A DNA stretch of 61,895 nucleotides, taken from positions 1 to 61,895 of the IMG/VR virus record IMGVR_UViG_3300016675_000012. One strand, written 5' to 3'. Shown piece by piece: positions 59,143-61,895 of the stretch. Origin of the DNA: a virus (lineage: Duplodnaviria > Caudoviricetes). A program made the translations under genes and the position numbers. The notes beneath the pieces are model-generated. The model was not told the origin of the DNA. It saw only the letters and a list, made by a program, of their open reading frames with translations, and did no database searches. How positions within the stretch are numbered: position 1 is the first letter of the stretch; every line of letters starts with the position of its first letter.

Positions 59143-59380
59143 CTGGAACTTCCTTTCCGAGATCTTCAAGGGCAGACTCTGCAATCTGCCTGTATTCGAT
59201 TTCCCGATCCAGTTGCTGAACCAGAAGACGAAGGTTCTCTGCATTCTTCTCGATCTGAAGAGTCAGCTCTTCGTTCTGAGAGGAGAGTCTTCTGTTGCTT
59301 TCCCACAGGTTATCCACCCAAAGGGCAACTCCTGCTGCAAGCAGCAAAGCACCAATTGTGAGATACAGACGAGGAATCAT
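59066..59380 (-). CDS. i-spanin (Rz-like)
   Basis: N-terminal TM helix followed by coiled coil; ATGA overlap with endolysin. Confidence 0.8.
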   Translation of the reverse strand: MIPRLYLTIGALLLAAGVALWVDNLWESNRRLSSQNEELTLQIEKNAENLRLLVQQLDREIEYRQIAESALEDLGKEVPDVVYSQSLPPEIQGVLDRFHERIRP

Positions 59381-59988
59381 GGGAAGGGAGTATCCTTGAT
59401 CTTTTGCCACTTGGCAAAGGAAGCAGCCAACTTCTTGTCGTATCCGTTCTTGGCGAAACCCGGACCATTGTAGCCACGAGCAAAGCCAACCCAGTCACGA
59501 CGGCGAAGTTCGTCATCCAGACCAGCAGCAATGATGAAACGAACCATGGCCAGAAGATGCTCTTCTTCATCATCCTTGAACTTCATCGCCATGGCTTCAG
59601 CAGAAGAATATCCTGCCATGGAAAAGTTGAAGCCCATGATCTGACCCAGACCCCAAGAAGCTGATCTCAGAGCCAGTTCCTTGTTGATCAGCATCGCTCT
59701 TTCGAGTCGAGGATAACTGTCACTGGGATAGGGTTGTTCACCCCAACTCTTGTAGGCCAGACCTTGAGTAATGGCCGTTTGAAGCTTGCTTGGGTCGTTG
59801 GCTGCAAGCTGCTTGTAGAAGATGTGAGGCTCGAACAGGATGATAGGCCGATTCTGCGAATCGAAGCCTTTCCCTCTGGTTTCAGTGTCGAGAACGGCAT
59901 GAATTTCATCCTCTCCAACACCAATCAACCTCCCGATTTTCGGGAGGTCGATGTCGTCCAGTCTCTTTGCAGCTCCAACGAAGCTCAT
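59377..59988 (-). CDS. endolysin, N-acetylmuramidase (DUF3380-type)
   Basis: ILFEPHIF, SASWGLGQIMGFN and FARGYNG motifs; AGGAGG RBS. Confidence 0.9.
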   Translation of the reverse strand: MSFVGAAKRLDDIDLPKIGRLIGVGEDEIHAVLDTETRGKGFDSQNRPIILFEPHIFYKQLAANDPSKLQTAITQGLAYKSWGEQPYPSDSYPRLERAMLINKELALRSASWGLGQIMGFNFSMAGYSSAEAMAMKFKDDEEEHLLAMVRFIIAAGLDDELRRRDWVGFARGYNGPGFAKNGYDKKLAASFAKWQKIKDTPFP

Positions 59989-59998
59989 GGGAACCTCC

Positions 59999-60358
59999 TT
60001 ACGGGATGATGACAAGTGGGGGTGGCTCAACCCCCTTCGACTTGAGAAGCCCTTCAAGAACGCCAACATGTCGAACATAGGTGTTCAGCTCCCTGCGAAG
60101 TTGGTCAATTTCAGCATTCTGATCGTGAATCTGTGCCTCCAGTGAAGTGATACGTTCACTGAACAGCTTTTCCAGCTTTGCCCTTTCAGCCTGTTCAAAC
60201 TCACGTTCCTTCACATTCTTGGCGTCCATGCGTGTGAGCAGCCATGCCACAGCACCACCAAGAGTGGTCAGTCCAGCGATAAACAGAGGGATGAGTTCTT
60301 TCAGTGCGGAGAGATCCATTTGGTATTCCTGCTCTTGAGTTCCGATTGTAGTGTCCAT
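59999..60358 (-). CDS. putative holin/lysis membrane protein
   Basis: Single TM helix plus coiled coil, directly upstream of endolysin. Confidence 0.55.
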   Translation of the reverse strand: MDTTIGTQEQEYQMDLSALKELIPLFIAGLTTLGGAVAWLLTRMDAKNVKEREFEQAERAKLEKLFSERITSLEAQIHDQNAEIDQLRRELNTYVRHVGVLEGLLKSKGVEPPPLVIIP

Positions 60359-60386
60359 GATGGATCCTCCCTTCGAGGATGAGAAA

Positions 60387-61058
60387 TCAAACAAAGCCTC
60401 TTTGAGAAAAGCGGTTGTCCACTTCAATCTCAGAGGTCGAACTGTTGTTCCTCATCTCGTCTTCCCCGATGTGACGGAGATACGCAGCGTAGTATCCGTC
60501 AGCTTTTGCGGTGTGTTCAGGACCGTTCATTTGTCCGATATACAAAGAAGCAACCAGCAGTTGAAGAGCTGCTTCCAGATTTGGAGGAACTTCGATGCCG
60601 CTTGTTTCATCAATCTCGGGATGACGAGCTTGATACCGAATGCGAACTTTCGGACTCAACTCAAGGAGCTTGGAAGTTGTGAAGCGGATCCGATTGTAAG
60701 ACGGAGTGGTCACATGACCATTCACATCCAGCAGAACATCATCACCATTGGTGTCATAGACATTCAGAATCTTGATGAAGGCTTCCGGGTCAAAGGTCTG
60801 CGATAGTTCGACCATCGTCAGGAAACTCGTATCAGTGTCGAAGCTGTATTCGTTCTTGGCTTCATCCAGTGCCAGATCGACTTGCAGTTTGAACAGAGGG
60901 AACTTGGTCGAAAGCGTTGTGAGAGCCTGATTGGTCAGACTCAGCACAGTAGGAATGTAGTCAGGCACAATCTCACCGAGGTTGGTCTGATCAACCGCAC
61001 TCATGTTCTTAAGTTCTGCTCTTGCGAGTCTGGTCGCAAACTGAGTGAAGCTGATCAT
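60387..61058 (-). CDS. head-tail adaptor (N4 gp67-like)
   Basis: ELKN...NQALT.L..KF, YQARH and NRFSQRGFV C-terminus; downstream of terL. Confidence 0.8.
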   Translation of the reverse strand: MISFTQFATRLARAELKNMSAVDQTNLGEIVPDYIPTVLSLTNQALTTLSTKFPLFKLQVDLALDEAKNEYSFDTDTSFLTMVELSQTFDPEAFIKILNVYDTNGDDVLLDVNGHVTTPSYNRIRFTTSKLLELSPKVRIRYQARHPEIDETSGIEVPPNLEAALQLLVASLYIGQMNGPEHTAKADGYYAAYLRHIGEDEMRNNSSTSEIEVDNRFSQRGFV

Positions 61059-61067
61059 TTGATGACC

Positions 61068-61895
61068 TCATGCCATGTAGGAGCTGTAGTTGCTCAAATC
61101 TGTATCATTGGAGAACGCATCTGCGCTACCCCAAACTTCTCTGGGCAGATCCCTTTGTGGCTGAGACAGCGGAGGAGCATCTCCAGTTGGAACCCAAGGA
61201 TTCATATACTGAAGCATGGACACAGTGTCCACGCAGTCATCCTTGCCCTTGATTCCGTCTCTCGTAACCATCGAGAGCTGTTCAATGAAGAGACCCAGAA
61301 CACGAGATGACTTCATCTCTTCGGCAAACTTGATCTTCCCAGCTTTGAACAGAGGAACAACCAAGTTGAACCGAGCCAGCTTGTCAGTAGCTGGACGGAT
61401 ACCCGGATGACCATTGTGATGAGTCAGGTTGAAGTATTTCTCTCTGGTGTTCATCTCCATCATGAGCCAGTCCACAAAGCCTTGCTGTTGGCCTGTGATT
61501 TCGACTCCAACCCCTTGAGGTTGATACTCTTCTGCCAGACGAAAGAGGTCATTAATCGTCTGAGTCATGTTCTGACGTTCAACGATTCCATCAACCCAGA
61601 TCCACTCACTCTGCTTCGAGTAAGCCCACACAGAGATGACAGCGAAGTCAGCAGTCTGCTTCGATGAGGTGGCAAAGTCAGTAGTGATGTAAAAGTTGTA
61701 GTCCTGCTTGTTCTTCAAAATCTCCTGACGAGATGTCCAACCGATGTCAGAATCTTGAACCAGACGAGACTCATCGTTGGTGATTCGAAGCATGAGTTCC
61801 TGATAGAAGGACTTCAGATTTCCCTCTTTCAGAGCAGAGTCATACTGGGTCTTCACATAATCGTAAGTGAAGCGATCTTCCCAAGCTCCCCGGAA
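61068..61895 (-). CDS. terL: terminase large subunit, C-terminal nuclease part; 5' end outside window
   Basis: FYQELML, YITTDFATS, ADFAVISVW, GVEITGQQ and KDDCVDTVSM (RNase H-like) motifs. Confidence 0.9.
   Translation of the reverse strand, partial: FRGAWEDRFTYDYVKTQYDSALKEGNLKSFYQELMLRITNDESRLVQDSDIGWTSRQEILKNKQDYNFYITTDFATSSKQTADFAVISVWAYSKQSEWIWVDGIVERQNMTQTINDLFRLAEEYQPQGVGVEITGQQQGFVDWLMMEMNTREKYFNLTHHNGHPGIRPATDKLARFNLVVPLFKAGKIKFAEEMKSSRVLGLFIEQLSMVTRDGIKGKDDCVDTVSMLQYMNPWVPTGDAPPLSQPQRDLPREVWGSADAFSNDTDLSNYSSYMA

Noticed and set aside
967-61667. Many long antisense ORFs (e.g. 967-2292, 30433-31836, 38192-39511, 53229-54458)
   Set aside because: They are shadows of strongly codon-biased genes on the opposite strand, with no recognisable motifs.

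Overview
Most of the genome of an N4-like (Schitoviridae-type) lytic podophage. The host is probably an alphaproteobacterium (inferred from the ThyX plus B12-dependent NrdJ content). The + strand (1-35.2 kb) carries the middle/replication genes: RNAPII subunit 2 (partial), an AAA ATPase and VWA/HExxH partner, dCTP deaminase, a dNMP-kinase/ThyX fusion, an out-of-place collagen/LamG tail-appendage cassette, rIIA/rIIB, HNH nucleases, NrdJ, helicase, a family A DNA polymerase split into two genes, exonuclease, primase, Sak4-like ATPase, SSB and RusA. The - strand (35.4-61.9 kb) carries the late genes: terminase (partial), adaptor, lysis cassette, portal, major capsid, ejection proteins and the 3487-aa virion RNA polymerase. 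Three things stand out. (1) Two tRNA-shaped RNAs lack a normal anticodon loop; one ends in CCA and has a duplicated D-arm core. Each sits directly behind a structured-RNA plus terminator unit. (2) The DNA polymerase is split between motifs A and B, and the gap holds three ORFs, one resembling the Tad2/DUF2829 anti-defence sponge. (3) The tail-fibre genes are relocated into the middle region. All protein calls come from motif recognition and synteny, not database searches.
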